This document shows, piece by piece, positions 49,649 to 60,210 of a stretch of 64,000 nucleotides of DNA (position 1 is the first letter of the stretch; every line of letters begins with the position of its first letter). The notes under the pieces are model-generated. The model saw only the letters and a list, made by a program, of their open reading frames with translations, was not told where the DNA came from and did no database searches. The stretch is from a virus. The position numbers were made by a program, and so were the translations under genes. The stretch covers positions 7,647-71,646 of the IMG/VR virus record IMGVR_UViG_3300024264_000024; one strand, 5' to 3'.

Positions 49649-52600
49649 TATCTTTGTGATAGTAAAAGTTTAGTATTATTTAATCTCAATAACATCTTTC
49701 TATTTCCAGACACATTTTTTCTAAGTATAACATTATTTGAGTAATGTCTAAACTTTTTACGCTGTGTTGCTGATTTAGCATAGTTAATATTAGTTGAATT
49801 TAAAGGTCTGATGTATCCATTACAATCTGTATTAAATATAGACTGTTGAGTTATTACTCCTGATGGATCAGGGAACTCACCTCTATTATTTGTTACATCC
49901 CAAAATTGATTAAATCTAAATTTATGTTCTACTTTAGAAGATAATATATCTATGTTGTTAGCATTTATAATTGGATAATTTAAATTACCCCATGGATCAT
50001 TTGTAGCTTGTTGATTAATAACTAGCAATCCAGAAGTCTGATCATTATTATATACTATAGCTGCATCAAAATTAAAATTTAAATCTTCCCATTTATCACC
50101 ACCACACATATTGTATTGAGGATCTCCTTTGTATACATATGATTCTAATTGATATTCAAAACTTCTAATTGTATTTACCGCTTGCCCTGTATTAGATATT
50201 AAATCTATTTCCCATGGATAGTCAACATTATAAAAATTAGCAAATGAATCACACCTAACATTATGTCTCCAAAAACCACCAACTTCATAATTAGGTATAG
50301 TACTTATGTAAAAGAAATAATTACATTGTCTATCACTTACAAAATTTGGATCTCCTACTTGATATATTAAAGGAGCACTATCTGGACATGTACCTAATTC
50401 TGTAGTTACTGTACCTGGTATTGTAGCGGGTGGACATTCACAAGTTACCTTTCTACATATAGGAGGAGTAACATCATCACATACACCTGAGTCAGCTGTA
50501 TATGTATTGGTTGCTGGGTCTAAATAAACTTTAGTATATCCTGTAGGACACTCACACACAAATGGTGTTGAACATACATCTCCTGCAATTTGATTAGCTG
50601 ATGCATTTAATTCACCAACAACATCAGTATTCATTGCATATTGATTTGGACCTGGTATAGAATTAGGAACATCATATGTTGTATTAGAAATACTATCTAA
50701 TAATATTGGATCATCAGGTACTGCATTACTGTTACCACAGAATACTGCATAAATTTCTTGCTTAGTTGCATCTTGTAAATCTATATCTGCTGATTGATTT
50801 GCTCCTGCCGCCCAAGCTCCAGTATTAGTTGCTTGAGGAGGATTATTTGGAACATTAGGAGATTGCATAGCAGCTATACCTGTAGCTTCAGTACCATCAG
50901 TTCCATCCGTAACAACAATTAAAATTTGTTTGAAAGAAGGATCTTGAGTTCTAGCTGGATATTGAGCAGCATAAGAAGAGTTTGCTTTATCATTTAATTG
51001 ACCTAATCCTCCAGTACCACTAAATGGATTTGCTGCATTAATAGCTGCTTCAGCACTAGTTGAATTAGTAGTATTCCAATTAGCACTATATAAAGCAATT
51101 AGTCCTGCACCAGTAGCATTACTACTCATACTTAAAGAACCTTGATTTAAATGCATACTTTGGGTACCCCAACCAGTAATACCAACTTGCATTGTTCCTG
51201 CAGCTAATGAATCTCTAACATTTGGATTAGCCATAAATACATCTAACCAACGCATCTGTGCTGTAGCAGCTGAATTATTACCCATATTACCACCACCAGT
51301 TTGATTACCAGCAGAATCAAAAGTCATGGGTGTATAATTAATATTACCAGTACTTCCTGACCAATCTATAGCAATCACAATATCTAGTAAACAGTTTGTT
51401 GCACCACCTGTTACTGTTGCTGCTAATTCATCAATATTTATTTCTGCACCAATAGTTTCATTTACACTTTGCTCACATAAATTTGTAACTGGATTAAAAT
51501 TATATCCAGGAGGACACTGAGGTACTGTTGTTGTTGCACTGCTTGTTGTAAAGAAATGATTAATGCTTGGTAAGGCTAATTGAGGATGCCAGTCATGAAA
51601 TGAAATCCACGCTTTTAATTTAGGATCATATGATATAGTCCATGAGCAATCATCAAAGTATATTGGATCTCCAATGTCAACGTTAAGACTTCCATAAACT
51701 CCTGAAGATATAGTTACAGGTTTTGTTAATCCATCTGTAAATACTGCACCGTCTATATATGCTGGTTTTAATTGGTAATCTTTTTTCATAAAGTAGACTA
51801 TATCATCTACTGAATCATACATTACTTGACAACCAACACCGTTTACTGGGTTATCTACCCACACAGAATTTTCTGAATTAGGAAATTGTTTTATAAATTT
51901 AGAAGGTAAATATTTAGCAAACCACCATTTCATTCCAGCATTAGATATAGGATCTAAAGCTTTACCACCGTAATGAAATATTTTTCCTTGTGCTTGAGAC
52001 ATAAAGAATAATCCCATTGGTGTATTTATAACACCTCTCAAACTTTCCATTGATCCGTACTCAGTAGATATATCAGCGTTAGCAATATTTTGTAAAGGTT
52101 GATTAAATAATTTACCATCTCCTATTGTAACGTTAGTACCTGAACCTAATTTTAAAGCATCAACACCTTGAAATAGTTGAGGAGACATATAAGGGAAAAA
52201 TATTATTGCACCTGATTTGCTTATAGGTTTAATTACACTAACAGCATTTTTAAAGTCTTTATAATTAAAATTTAAAAACACTCTCCAATAATCTCTTCTT
52301 GCTTCATTTTGAGCTTGCAATGAATAAATCAATCTCTTAGGATAATTAATAAAACATTGCTCACTAACTAATGGATCATAATCTCTAAGCTGTAGTGCAC
52401 CAAATGTACTTAATTGTGTTACAAACTTTGATGGGCTTAATGATTCATCATACTTATAAAAGTTACCTGACTTCTCAATCTTAGCATGAAAGAGTTCATC
52501 TATATCATTGTTATTATATACATCATATATTTTTTTAGCAGGATGTTCTTCCCAATCTCTTTGATCTAAATTAACTTCTGATTCAACATAGAAATCTAAT

Positions 52601-55600
52601 ATACCATTAGTATGAGTGTACATATATGCAAACTCCATTGCTAACATTGGATTAGGATCACTACTTCCTTTCATTATTCTATTCCATGCAGTATTCCCAC
52701 ATGATTGATTACCTCTATCTAAATAAAATAAATCTCCTGGCATAGCTTCACTTAATTGGCCTGGTTGAAATACTCCAAGACCAATTATCTCATCTGCCAA
52801 TGGTGTTATATCATATCTTTGTGAGTTTAACCAAAACCTTGGGTAAGGTAGATTTACATATAGTGAATAATCAAATGTAAACTCATTAGGTTGACCAATA
52901 AGAAAGTTAGAGAATACAGGCATAATTACTTTCTCAGTAAATCTACCAACAAAAGTATCCCCTGCAAAAATTGGTCTGCTTGAATATATTGTTGCTTCAG
53001 GTGCATCAAGATCTAACAGCTCAAGACAACCTCTCATAGGAACTTGTTTTATACCATCTAGTTGACCATATTGATTATCAAAATTATATTTCAATGCTCC
53101 ATAGTGAGCTGATATAGCTGCTTTTTTACTTTCTTTAGGATCTAATAAATAATTGTTACTCCATTTAATTCCAGTACCAGCACTATTAACATATCCACCT
53201 ACACAAAATCTAGACTTATCTTCTACATCTGGATTATCAATATCATCTTTTAATGCAACTGCTACTGTTTCAGGTCTAAATAAATTGTTTATTTTATAAT
53301 TACCATCATCAAACATTTGAAAAGATGATCCTAAATAATTTGAAGCAGTATTTTTAATTCTCCATAATCCTGAATTTACTGGTGCAAAATTTGTAAACAA
53401 ACCATATGAATTATATTTCCATGCAAAATCAGATTCTTTAATTAAATTATAAAATAATTCAATCATCTCATTTCCTCCTAAAGCAATGTTTGCTCTAGAA
53501 ACTGTTGCTGATATTATTGTTCTTAATAGTAATGGCATTGAAGACAACGGTGTTGTTGTTTCTTGTGATGATTCTTCATAACCACCCTGGATACCAGGTA
53601 TATCTCCTTGATTTTGACCAGCTATGCTTTTTATTGTTTGTTGAGCATAAAAAAGAGCACCACCAGTATATAAATCAGCAACACCTGCTACTGTTTCAAA
53701 TATTGCTTCCAGGACCTCATTTATCACTGTTGAAGCTCCATTACTTGCTGCAGTAGCTGTAAGATATGCTGCCATAGCAAGACCTGGTTGATTACCAACA
53801 CCAGCAAATCCTCCAAATGTTCCTGATTGAGAAGATAGGTTTCCTCTTGGTCCTACCACTTTCTGTTTTTGTGAACCTCTAATTTGCTGCATTGCATACC
53901 CTACACCAAGAACTGCACTGATAATTGCAGCACCTCCTCTTAGTAATTTAAACTTAGGGTGTTCTTCTGAAGGTATAAAGTATCCACTAGAATTTCCTGA
54001 AACTTGTCCATACAATCTAGTTTCATATGCATTTAAAAATGGTTTAGTAAACATTAACTCCGGTGAAGATAATGTAAATACTTTTTTAGAATATCCACTT
54101 AGCGGTGGGTAATCACGTATTGATTCTGACCAACTATCACAACCCTTAGTTATATTAGTACCACTAGTACCTGAACCAGTATGAAAATATGGATCTGGTC
54201 TTAAATCATTATAAGGATGATTAGGATATAATCCTTGTACACTTCCTCCTATAAGGTTTTCTGCATTAGGTAAATCATACTCACGCATATTTCTAAATAA
54301 CCCTTTAGCAAGGATAGATCTAGCACCTTGTCTTGAACCTCTAAGCAATTCATATCCTACTACATTTGTAATGTATGTACCATCATTATATTTTGGTCTT
54401 TTTATATTTGCAAACTCAACACCTAAAACATTAATTAAATCAGCATTTGTACTAGATAAATGTAAATATGGTCCTAATTCTTCTGTTGGCATTTTATGGT
54501 GTCTAATGAACTCACCACATAAATCATATTGTGTATCATTAGTTCCTCCAATATTTACTCCTGTTTCTGGATCAACATAAGTTGAATTCCATATGTCTGG
54601 TTTTCTTGTTGGGTATCTTTCTGATGATTGCCAGTATCCCATTTCACCACGGGCTATAACTATCCCTGCACCATCAACAGGTTCTGCTAACCCTGACGCT
54701 GTAGTAGATGCTGTATTATATACTTTAAATAATAAATCTCCATCAGGATCTAAAACATTATTTCCATATACTTTCTCATTCTCCATTGTTCCATTGTACA
54801 TTTCTGCAGCTCTTCCAGGTATATGGTATGAAGAAGATCTTTCACCTGTATTATATATCCATCTAATAAAAAATGCATATTGTTCATCACGCATCAAACC
54901 AGTCTTATTACCACCTTTGTAGTAATATTCACTTTGTACTTGATTAACAACCCAGTTTACTTTAATTTGATTTGCTATAGGTTGATAGTTAAAATCAAAT
55001 TGTTCTGTTGGCCCTTGTCTTATTAACCAGTCATTTACAACAAACATTGACTCAGATTTTTCATAAGCTGGACTCATCTGAGGAAGTTCTGCAATAGGGA
55101 TATTTTTTAATTCAACTGCAATAAAATCTATATTGACTTCTTTTATTTCTGTACTATATATTCCTATTTGTTTTGCATCTGTTTGACCTTGGTTTCTTCT
55201 TAGTATTACTAATTCAAAATAAAAATAATCTTGATCAATATTAGAAAATGATACATCTAATGAACCATCTGTACCTAAATGACTCCATAAACTTTGTACA
55301 TTAGACATGCCTATGTAATCTGTTACTCTCTGGTCATTTTCAATATATGCTACAAAAGCCTGATATGTTCCATTTGCTAACATACCACTATCTGTAGATT
55401 TATTTAACTTGACACAAGGAGTATCTAATAATGGAGCAAGTCTTATTTGCTCACAATCTAACATCTTAGGTTCTATAACTTCAAATACTGTACAAGGTAA
55501 TCCATCAACATCTAACCCAGATACTTTAATTTTTTTATAAGGTATATTGTCTAGGTTTAATGAGCGTGAAGGATTATTGCCGTCATCCCAATAAACTTGC

Positions 55601-56016
55601 CATGAACAATCAAAATTTTCTTTTGCTGCTCCAGTTATTAAAAACTTCTTGCTAAAATTTAAACATGTATCATTTACTAATGTAGTATACTTACATTCAC
55701 TATCATCAAATAAACCTATTTCAGAATTTATGTTATCAGTAGAATAAACAATCCACTCATCACCGTATCTATGTATAGCTCCTATAACTGTATAGGGTAT
55801 TACTCCACATAATAAATTTGATGGCTCATTTCCAATAATACCTAAGTCACCATCTTCAGAATTATTTGCAACATTTCTAGCATGCCACCATGCTTGGTTA
55901 TTCTCCATAGATGGAGTAATATCCTTATTCATCCCTTTTACAAATGTATTTGTATTTACAGATGAGCTAGTTTGACTGCTTGGTGCACTCTTTGGTGTAG
56001 ACTTTTTCTTTGCCAT
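49648..56016 (-). CDS. Tail stabilisation/muzzle-like protein with inserted vWA and EGF-like modules
   Basis: crAss-like signatures FVKGMNKD...WHARN, GLMRDEQYAFFIRW, SWTISYD...WISFHDW and FWRHN...ANFY; MIDAS DWSGS lies in the insert. Confidence 0.75.
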   Translation of the reverse strand: MAKKKSTPKSAPSSQTSSSVNTNTFVKGMNKDITPSMENNQAWWHARNVANNSEDGDLGIIGNEPSNLLCGVIPYTVIGAIHRYGDEWIVYSTDNINSEIGLFDDSECKYTTLVNDTCLNFSKKFLITGAAKENFDCSWQVYWDDGNNPSRSLNLDNIPYKKIKVSGLDVDGLPCTVFEVIEPKMLDCEQIRLAPLLDTPCVKLNKSTDSGMLANGTYQAFVAYIENDQRVTDYIGMSNVQSLWSHLGTDGSLDVSFSNIDQDYFYFELVILRRNQGQTDAKQIGIYSTEIKEVNIDFIAVELKNIPIAELPQMSPAYEKSESMFVVNDWLIRQGPTEQFDFNYQPIANQIKVNWVVNQVQSEYYYKGGNKTGLMRDEQYAFFIRWIYNTGERSSSYHIPGRAAEMYNGTMENEKVYGNNVLDPDGDLLFKVYNTASTTASGLAEPVDGAGIVIARGEMGYWQSSERYPTRKPDIWNSTYVDPETGVNIGGTNDTQYDLCGEFIRHHKMPTEELGPYLHLSSTNADLINVLGVEFANIKRPKYNDGTYITNVVGYELLRGSRQGARSILAKGLFRNMREYDLPNAENLIGGSVQGLYPNHPYNDLRPDPYFHTGSGTSGTNITKGCDSWSESIRDYPPLSGYSKKVFTLSSPELMFTKPFLNAYETRLYGQVSGNSSGYFIPSEEHPKFKLLRGGAAIISAVLGVGYAMQQIRGSQKQKVVGPRGNLSSQSGTFGGFAGVGNQPGLAMAAYLTATAASNGASTVINEVLEAIFETVAGVADLYTGGALFYAQQTIKSIAGQNQGDIPGIQGGYEESSQETTTPLSSMPLLLRTIISATVSRANIALGGNEMIELFYNLIKESDFAWKYNSYGLFTNFAPVNSGLWRIKNTASNYLGSSFQMFDDGNYKINNLFRPETVAVALKDDIDNPDVEDKSRFCVGGYVNSAGTGIKWSNNYLLDPKESKKAAISAHYGALKYNFDNQYGQLDGIKQVPMRGCLELLDLDAPEATIYSSRPIFAGDTFVGRFTEKVIMPVFSNFLIGQPNEFTFDYSLYVNLPYPRFWLNSQRYDITPLADEIIGLGVFQPGQLSEAMPGDLFYLDRGNQSCGNTAWNRIMKGSSDPNPMLAMEFAYMYTHTNGILDFYVESEVNLDQRDWEEHPAKKIYDVYNNNDIDELFHAKIEKSGNFYKYDESLSPSKFVTQLSTFGALQLRDYDPLVSEQCFINYPKRLIYSLQAQNEARRDYWRVFLNFNYKDFKNAVSVIKPISKSGAIIFFPYMSPQLFQGVDALKLGSGTNVTIGDGKLFNQPLQNIANADISTEYGSMESLRGVINTPMGLFFMSQAQGKIFHYGGKALDPISNAGMKWWFAKYLPSKFIKQFPNSENSVWVDNPVNGVGCQVMYDSVDDIVYFMKKDYQLKPAYIDGAVFTDGLTKPVTISSGVYGSLNVDIGDPIYFDDCSWTISYDPKLKAWISFHDWHPQLALPSINHFFTTSSATTTVPQCPPGYNFNPVTNLCEQSVNETIGAEINIDELAATVTGGATNCLLDIVIAIDWSGSTGNINYTPMTFDSAGNQTGGGNMGNNSAATAQMRWLDVFMANPNVRDSLAAGTMQVGITGWGTQSMHLNQGSLSMSSNATGAGLIALYSANWNTTNSTSAEAAINAANPFSGTGGLGQLNDKANSSYAAQYPARTQDPSFKQILIVVTDGTDGTEATGIAAMQSPNVPNNPPQATNTGAWAAGANQSADIDLQDATKQEIYAVFCGNSNAVPDDPILLDSISNTTYDVPNSIPGPNQYAMNTDVVGELNASANQIAGDVCSTPFVCECPTGYTKVYLDPATNTYTADSGVCDDVTPPICRKVTCECPPATIPGTVTTELGTCPDSAPLIYQVGDPNFVSDRQCNYFFYISTIPNYEVGGFWRHNVRCDSFANFYNVDYPWEIDLISNTGQAVNTIRSFEYQLESYVYKGDPQYNMCGGDKWEDLNFNFDAAIVYNNDQTSGLLVINQQATNDPWGNLNYPIINANNIDILSSKVEHKFRFNQFWDVTNNRGEFPDPSGVITQQSIFNTDCNGYIRPLNSTNINYAKSATQRKKFRHYSNNVILRKNVSGNRKMLLRLNNTKLLLSQR

Positions 56017-56030
56017 AATATATTAACTCT

Positions 56031-56978
56031 TTAACAAGTTGGACATTCAGTTGTTGCACTTGTTGATGTTCTTGGTCCTGCAACTACTTGAGGGTTTACT
56101 GGTGCATAACTTAAAAACATGTTATAATAATTATGATATTGTGCTCTTCTATTCATTGTCCAAAGCTTTTTCATTTCTTGGAAATTAGGAGTATTAACAA
56201 AACCTAAAGCATTATTTCTTGCTGCTCTTAATCTTCCTTCTACTAATGATAATTGTTGAGAAACATTTTCACCAGCCCATACCATATTTTCTAATATTCT
56301 TTGTTTTATAGCATACTCATAATATTCATTACAATATGGTTGATCTAAAACTAATAAATCACCTTGATCATTTTCCATGGCTCCTTGAAAACTTAAATAT
56401 ACTTTACCTGTTTTAAATGTAGTAACCAAAAAACCATCTCTTATTTCTGCAATATCTATTCCTTGAGCACCTAAACTTGGACAAAAACAAACAGGACTAT
56501 TTACATCTTTTATTTGTAAAGGTGTCCAGTCAGTATATGTTCTAAATTGTGATGGTCCAATTTTTTGAACTAACTGATGACTATTTGTTTTATCACATGT
56601 TTTTACAATACATACATCTTTACATGCTTCACCGTCTTCACAAGGAGCTGTTTCATTTGGTGCTGGTACATAGGGTACATCATTAAATGTTTCAACATGT
56701 GTACCAGATGGCATTGTGTTATTAATTTTATATGATCCACATCTAAATGCATAGTTTAAATATTTAAAGTCCATAGGTAACTGCCCTCTACCATGTTCAA
56801 TATCTATTACTACTTCTTTAGTTCTATGTATTCTTAAACCAAGATCATAATTTACTCTTGTTGCAACCTTAATCAATTGCTGAGGTTCAATCATGCCTTC
56901 TAAAGCATAATTAGCAAAGTCTATGGAAACATCTTCCATTAATTGACTAAAGGTTCTATATTGTGTTGATACTCCCAT
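56031..56978 (-). CDS. Tail ring/tubular-like protein
   Basis: Position before the muzzle gene; FKTGKVYLSF...LLVLDQPYCNEYYEYAIK pattern. Confidence 0.6.
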   Translation of the reverse strand: MGVSTQYRTFSQLMEDVSIDFANYALEGMIEPQQLIKVATRVNYDLGLRIHRTKEVVIDIEHGRGQLPMDFKYLNYAFRCGSYKINNTMPSGTHVETFNDVPYVPAPNETAPCEDGEACKDVCIVKTCDKTNSHQLVQKIGPSQFRTYTDWTPLQIKDVNSPVCFCPSLGAQGIDIAEIRDGFLVTTFKTGKVYLSFQGAMENDQGDLLVLDQPYCNEYYEYAIKQRILENMVWAGENVSQQLSLVEGRLRAARNNALGFVNTPNFQEMKKLWTMNRRAQYHNYYNMFLSYAPVNPQVVAGPRTSTSATTECPTC

Positions 56979-56989
56979 AATTGTTTATT

Positions 56990-57664
56990 TTAATTTCTCA
57001 TTGCATTACGTTTGTTGTCAGAATCTTCTGAAGGAACTTGTAATGTATTCATCATAGTTTGAACTACTTGAGATTCTATTTCAGCAAACAATGCTTCAGG
57101 TATGTAAATGTCTTGTTCATACCGTGGAGTACAATCATTAGTTTTATCACAATCCCATGCTGTAATATCTGAGTCAAATACACCTTCTACTTTTATAGCA
57201 TCCCATGCTATATTAGGACAATATATATATCCATCTAACCACCAAAAATATAATGTATTATTATATTTAAAAGAAGTTGTTTTAGTCATTGAAGTATATG
57301 TACCTGGTTGGGTTGCTTGTAATTCTTGTGAACCATCTATTGAACTAATAGTACGGATTAATGGACCCCAGTATCCTTCAAACATAGATGGTAATTTTAA
57401 TTTTGTACGTTTTATTGTACATCCACTTTGTATTCCTGAACAATGTGCTTCAACTTTATCTACATCTATTAATTCTACATAAGGCAATGTTTTCCATACA
57501 GAATTAAATTTTAATAATTTATTTGCATAATCTTGCCTTCTCATTAAAAATTGAGCATGCTTTTCTATTAAACTATAAATATATCTGTCTGTTACAAAAC
57601 CATCTTGCACTTCTGCTTTGACTTGACCTCTTATTCTAGATATTACTTGTGCTATTGTTGACAT
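56990..57664 (-). CDS. Tail ring-like structural protein
   Basis: MSTIAQVISRIR...TDRYIYS...YFWWLDGYIY pattern and synteny. Confidence 0.55.
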   Translation of the reverse strand: MSTIAQVISRIRGQVKAEVQDGFVTDRYIYSLIEKHAQFLMRRQDYANKLLKFNSVWKTLPYVELIDVDKVEAHCSGIQSGCTIKRTKLKLPSMFEGYWGPLIRTISSIDGSQELQATQPGTYTSMTKTTSFKYNNTLYFWWLDGYIYCPNIAWDAIKVEGVFDSDITAWDCDKTNDCTPRYEQDIYIPEALFAEIESQVVQTMMNTLQVPSEDSDNKRNAMRN

Positions 57665-57669
57665 GTTGT

Positions 57670-58236
57670 TTATTTTTCAAATTCATTATAACGCTCTAAT
57701 GCTTTATTAGTTTCTTCTAAGTTTGCATCATACAAATGAGCTACTCTATATTTGTTTTTCATAACTACATATTTTGTCCAATTACCCGGATAATCTTTAG
57801 CAACAGTTCTTTTAAAATCTCTACAAGCAACAAATCTCCATAGCTCTCTATTTTTAAATCTATATTTAGTAGAATAATTTGTATAAAATATTTTACCTAA
57901 ATTACCATCTGTTTCCCAATTCTTATTTTGTAAAACTTTACCATACTCTTTTGACAATGCATAATTTGTATTTACAGATTTAGAAGCTTTACATGTTCCT
58001 ATAAACATATAACCTAATGAATCAGGTAACTCAACTCCATCTCTATTTTCAATCACTGCTTTCCACAAATTAGTATTATATAGTTTTATTATCTTTTTTA
58101 ATTTAACGTTATCTATGTCTGAGTATAAAGGTTTTTTATCTTTAAACTCTTTTATTGTTTGCTCATTTAGTAGCCCAAGTCTTTTTTCTCTATATCTTGG
58201 AGCATTTAAATCAGGTTTTTTAAAATTGTTGATCAT
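57670..58236 (-). CDS. IHF/HU-like basic protein
   Basis: NRDGVELPDSLGYMFI...WRFVACRDFKRTV resembles an HU/IHF fold; syntenic with the crAss-like IHF-like gene. Confidence 0.5.
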   Translation of the reverse strand: MINNFKKPDLNAPRYREKRLGLLNEQTIKEFKDKKPLYSDIDNVKLKKIIKLYNTNLWKAVIENRDGVELPDSLGYMFIGTCKASKSVNTNYALSKEYGKVLQNKNWETDGNLGKIFYTNYSTKYRFKNRELWRFVACRDFKRTVAKDYPGNWTKYVVMKNKYRVAHLYDANLEETNKALERYNEFEK

Positions 58237-58248
58237 ATAGTTATATTT

Positions 58249-58295
58249 ATAATTTACAAAAAAAACCCCACTTTATGAAATTAAAAGTAAGGTCT
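58249..58295 (-). terminator. Terminator fused to a candidate late promoter
   Basis: accuuacuuu/aaaguggggu stem with G-U pairs and a U-tract that runs straight into TTTGTAAATTAT (58249-58260). Confidence 0.55.
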
Positions 58296-59519
58296 TTATA
58301 ATGCTTGGTAAGTTAATTCACATATATTACCCATTGTAGGATGCTGAAGTTCAAGTTTACCTGATCTTCTATTACCTACATATTTATTACTATAATGATA
58401 ATAATCAGTTTTTCCTAAGCTAGGTAAAGTCTTTTCTATAAACCCTGCTGTTTCATTGGATGTCATATACTCCACTTTTCTATCAGTATGTATATGACCT
58501 TTGAATAATGTTCTATTTGTTGTAGCACCCCATTGTTTTGGATATTCAGATGCATAAATCAATGGGTTGTTTTTACTACGTTTATCTCCATGTTCAAATG
58601 CATTAAAGTTATTATGCCATACATGGACTTTTCTTTCCTCATATTTTGTATCCCAAATTATTTCATCACTTACTATAGATCTAGATAGTGCGTGTACTAA
58701 ATGGTATGATGACAATCTATCATGATTACCTGGTACATATACAATTACTAATTCTTTACAAAATGCTTTAATATAATTTATTGCCCAATGCATAGCATCA
58801 AATGCTTGCACATAAGCCTCTGTAGCACTCATACAGTTATCTAAAGGTGTACCACTAGTAGTAGACCCAGAAAAGGTATCCATGTTGATTAGATCACCTC
58901 CTACAACAAAATACATTCTTTCTATATAATTTACAGGAGCTGCTCTTTCTATTAAGTTAATGATTGTATCTTCAAAATCTTTATCTATAGTTTCATTACC
59001 TTGTTTACCAAAATGAATATCTTGTAATGATATTACTCCACAGACCGGGTCTTTGGTTGCAAGATTTTTTAAACTTACTTTTGGTAATTTATATTTTTTA
59101 GGTTTCCAGTTTTCTAAAAGATTTTTAAATAGTTTTTCTTCAGAGTTTTTAATTTGAGATATTAATGCAGATACTCTCCAATGATCACCCATTTGTTTAT
59201 TCCAATATTGAGATAGCTTCCATTTATCAGTATCTATTTTTAACAATTCAATTATTTCTTCTGCACTCTTGGGTTCATGATTAAAGGTTCCTGATATTTT
59301 ACCTTCTCCTTTTTCTAGATCAATTGACTCAACTAGTTGTGCATTCTCTGCTGCTTTACTAAAAAACAATGTTTTTTTCTTTTTAATTTTTCTATCTGCT
59401 AAAACTTCTTTTTTAATTTTTTTGTATTGTGATTCTGTTATGTCTAATTTTGCTGCACAATACGCTGGATGTTTTTTCCACTTAAGGGACTCAAGTACTC
59501 TTTGCTTTAAATTGCTCAT
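58296..59519 (-). CDS. Calcineurin-like metallophosphoesterase with possible N-terminal HTH
   Basis: DIHFG, GGDLINMD, GNHD, HGD and GHIH motifs. Confidence 0.85.
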   Translation of the reverse strand: MSNLKQRVLESLKWKKHPAYCAAKLDITESQYKKIKKEVLADRKIKKKKTLFFSKAAENAQLVESIDLEKGEGKISGTFNHEPKSAEEIIELLKIDTDKWKLSQYWNKQMGDHWRVSALISQIKNSEEKLFKNLLENWKPKKYKLPKVSLKNLATKDPVCGVISLQDIHFGKQGNETIDKDFEDTIINLIERAAPVNYIERMYFVVGGDLINMDTFSGSTTSGTPLDNCMSATEAYVQAFDAMHWAINYIKAFCKELVIVYVPGNHDRLSSYHLVHALSRSIVSDEIIWDTKYEERKVHVWHNNFNAFEHGDKRSKNNPLIYASEYPKQWGATTNRTLFKGHIHTDRKVEYMTSNETAGFIEKTLPSLGKTDYYHYSNKYVGNRRSGKLELQHPTMGNICELTYQAL

Positions 59520-59552
59520 AATGTTTTATTAAATTTTTGGGATAAAGATACT

Positions 59553-59586
59553 AAAAAAAAAGAGACCGGGGTAATACCCGGCCTCT
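59553..59586 (-). terminator. Rho-independent terminator
   Basis: agaggccggg-uauuac-cccggucucu followed by a U-tract on the minus strand. Confidence 0.8.
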
Positions 59587-59635
59587 CCCAACGTTTGCAG
59601 TAGAAAACCAACAAACCACTACTTGCTGTTGTTTC

Positions 59636-60193
59636 TTATGATGCCAGAGTAGAAAATAAAATTTCTATTGGTTTACATCCTGTATTACCAGCATCTACAA
59701 CTTTTACTTTGTATGCTGTACTAGCTATCAAATTTGTTATTTTAAAATTATTTATTGATGTTACTATTGGTATAGGATTTTGAAGAGCCCATCCTGATGG
59801 TGCAACTTGTGTATCTATAAATACATTTAGACCTAAGCTTGAACTCCATATACCATCCCATAATACTTCTGCAGTAGAACTTGTTATTACACCAGCATAT
59901 ACATTGTAAGGATCATGTTGAACATCACTTGATGTACACGCACCCAATCCATTTACAAGTATCATAGAAAACTTTTGTATAATAGAATCTAGTCTTTCAC
60001 CAGAAGTTATAACTATTTGACTACCAGGATCACCTATGGTAAATGATGTACCACAATAGCTTACACATGATGCACATTGAATATCATCACATCTTTCACT
60101 ACCTACACTGCAATCAGTATAAGTACACGCATTTGTTAAAGCTGTGTCAGCACAACCACATTTACTACTACATTTTGTACAATTACATGCCAT
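59636..60193 (-). CDS. Cys-rich protein with C-terminal Fn3-like domain
   Basis: About 11 Cys in the first 46 aa; FKITNLIASTAYKVKV Fn3 signature. Confidence 0.7.
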   Translation of the reverse strand: MACNCTKCSSKCGCADTALTNACTYTDCSVGSERCDDIQCASCVSYCGTSFTIGDPGSQIVITSGERLDSIIQKFSMILVNGLGACTSSDVQHDPYNVYAGVITSSTAEVLWDGIWSSSLGLNVFIDTQVAPSGWALQNPIPIVTSINNFKITNLIASTAYKVKVVDAGNTGCKPIEILFSTLAS

Positions 60194-60210
60194 TTTTTTT
60201 GTTTTTTATT

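Noticed and set aside
50281-51545. Intein in the muzzle-like protein
   Set aside because: The HN is followed by Val and belongs to the host-protein motif; there are no splicing or LAGLIDADG motifs, and the insert is vWA/EGF-like.
16664-57482. Many short + strand ORFs in the track that overlap giant minus-strand genes
   Set aside because: Antisense shadow ORFs with no recognisable motifs.
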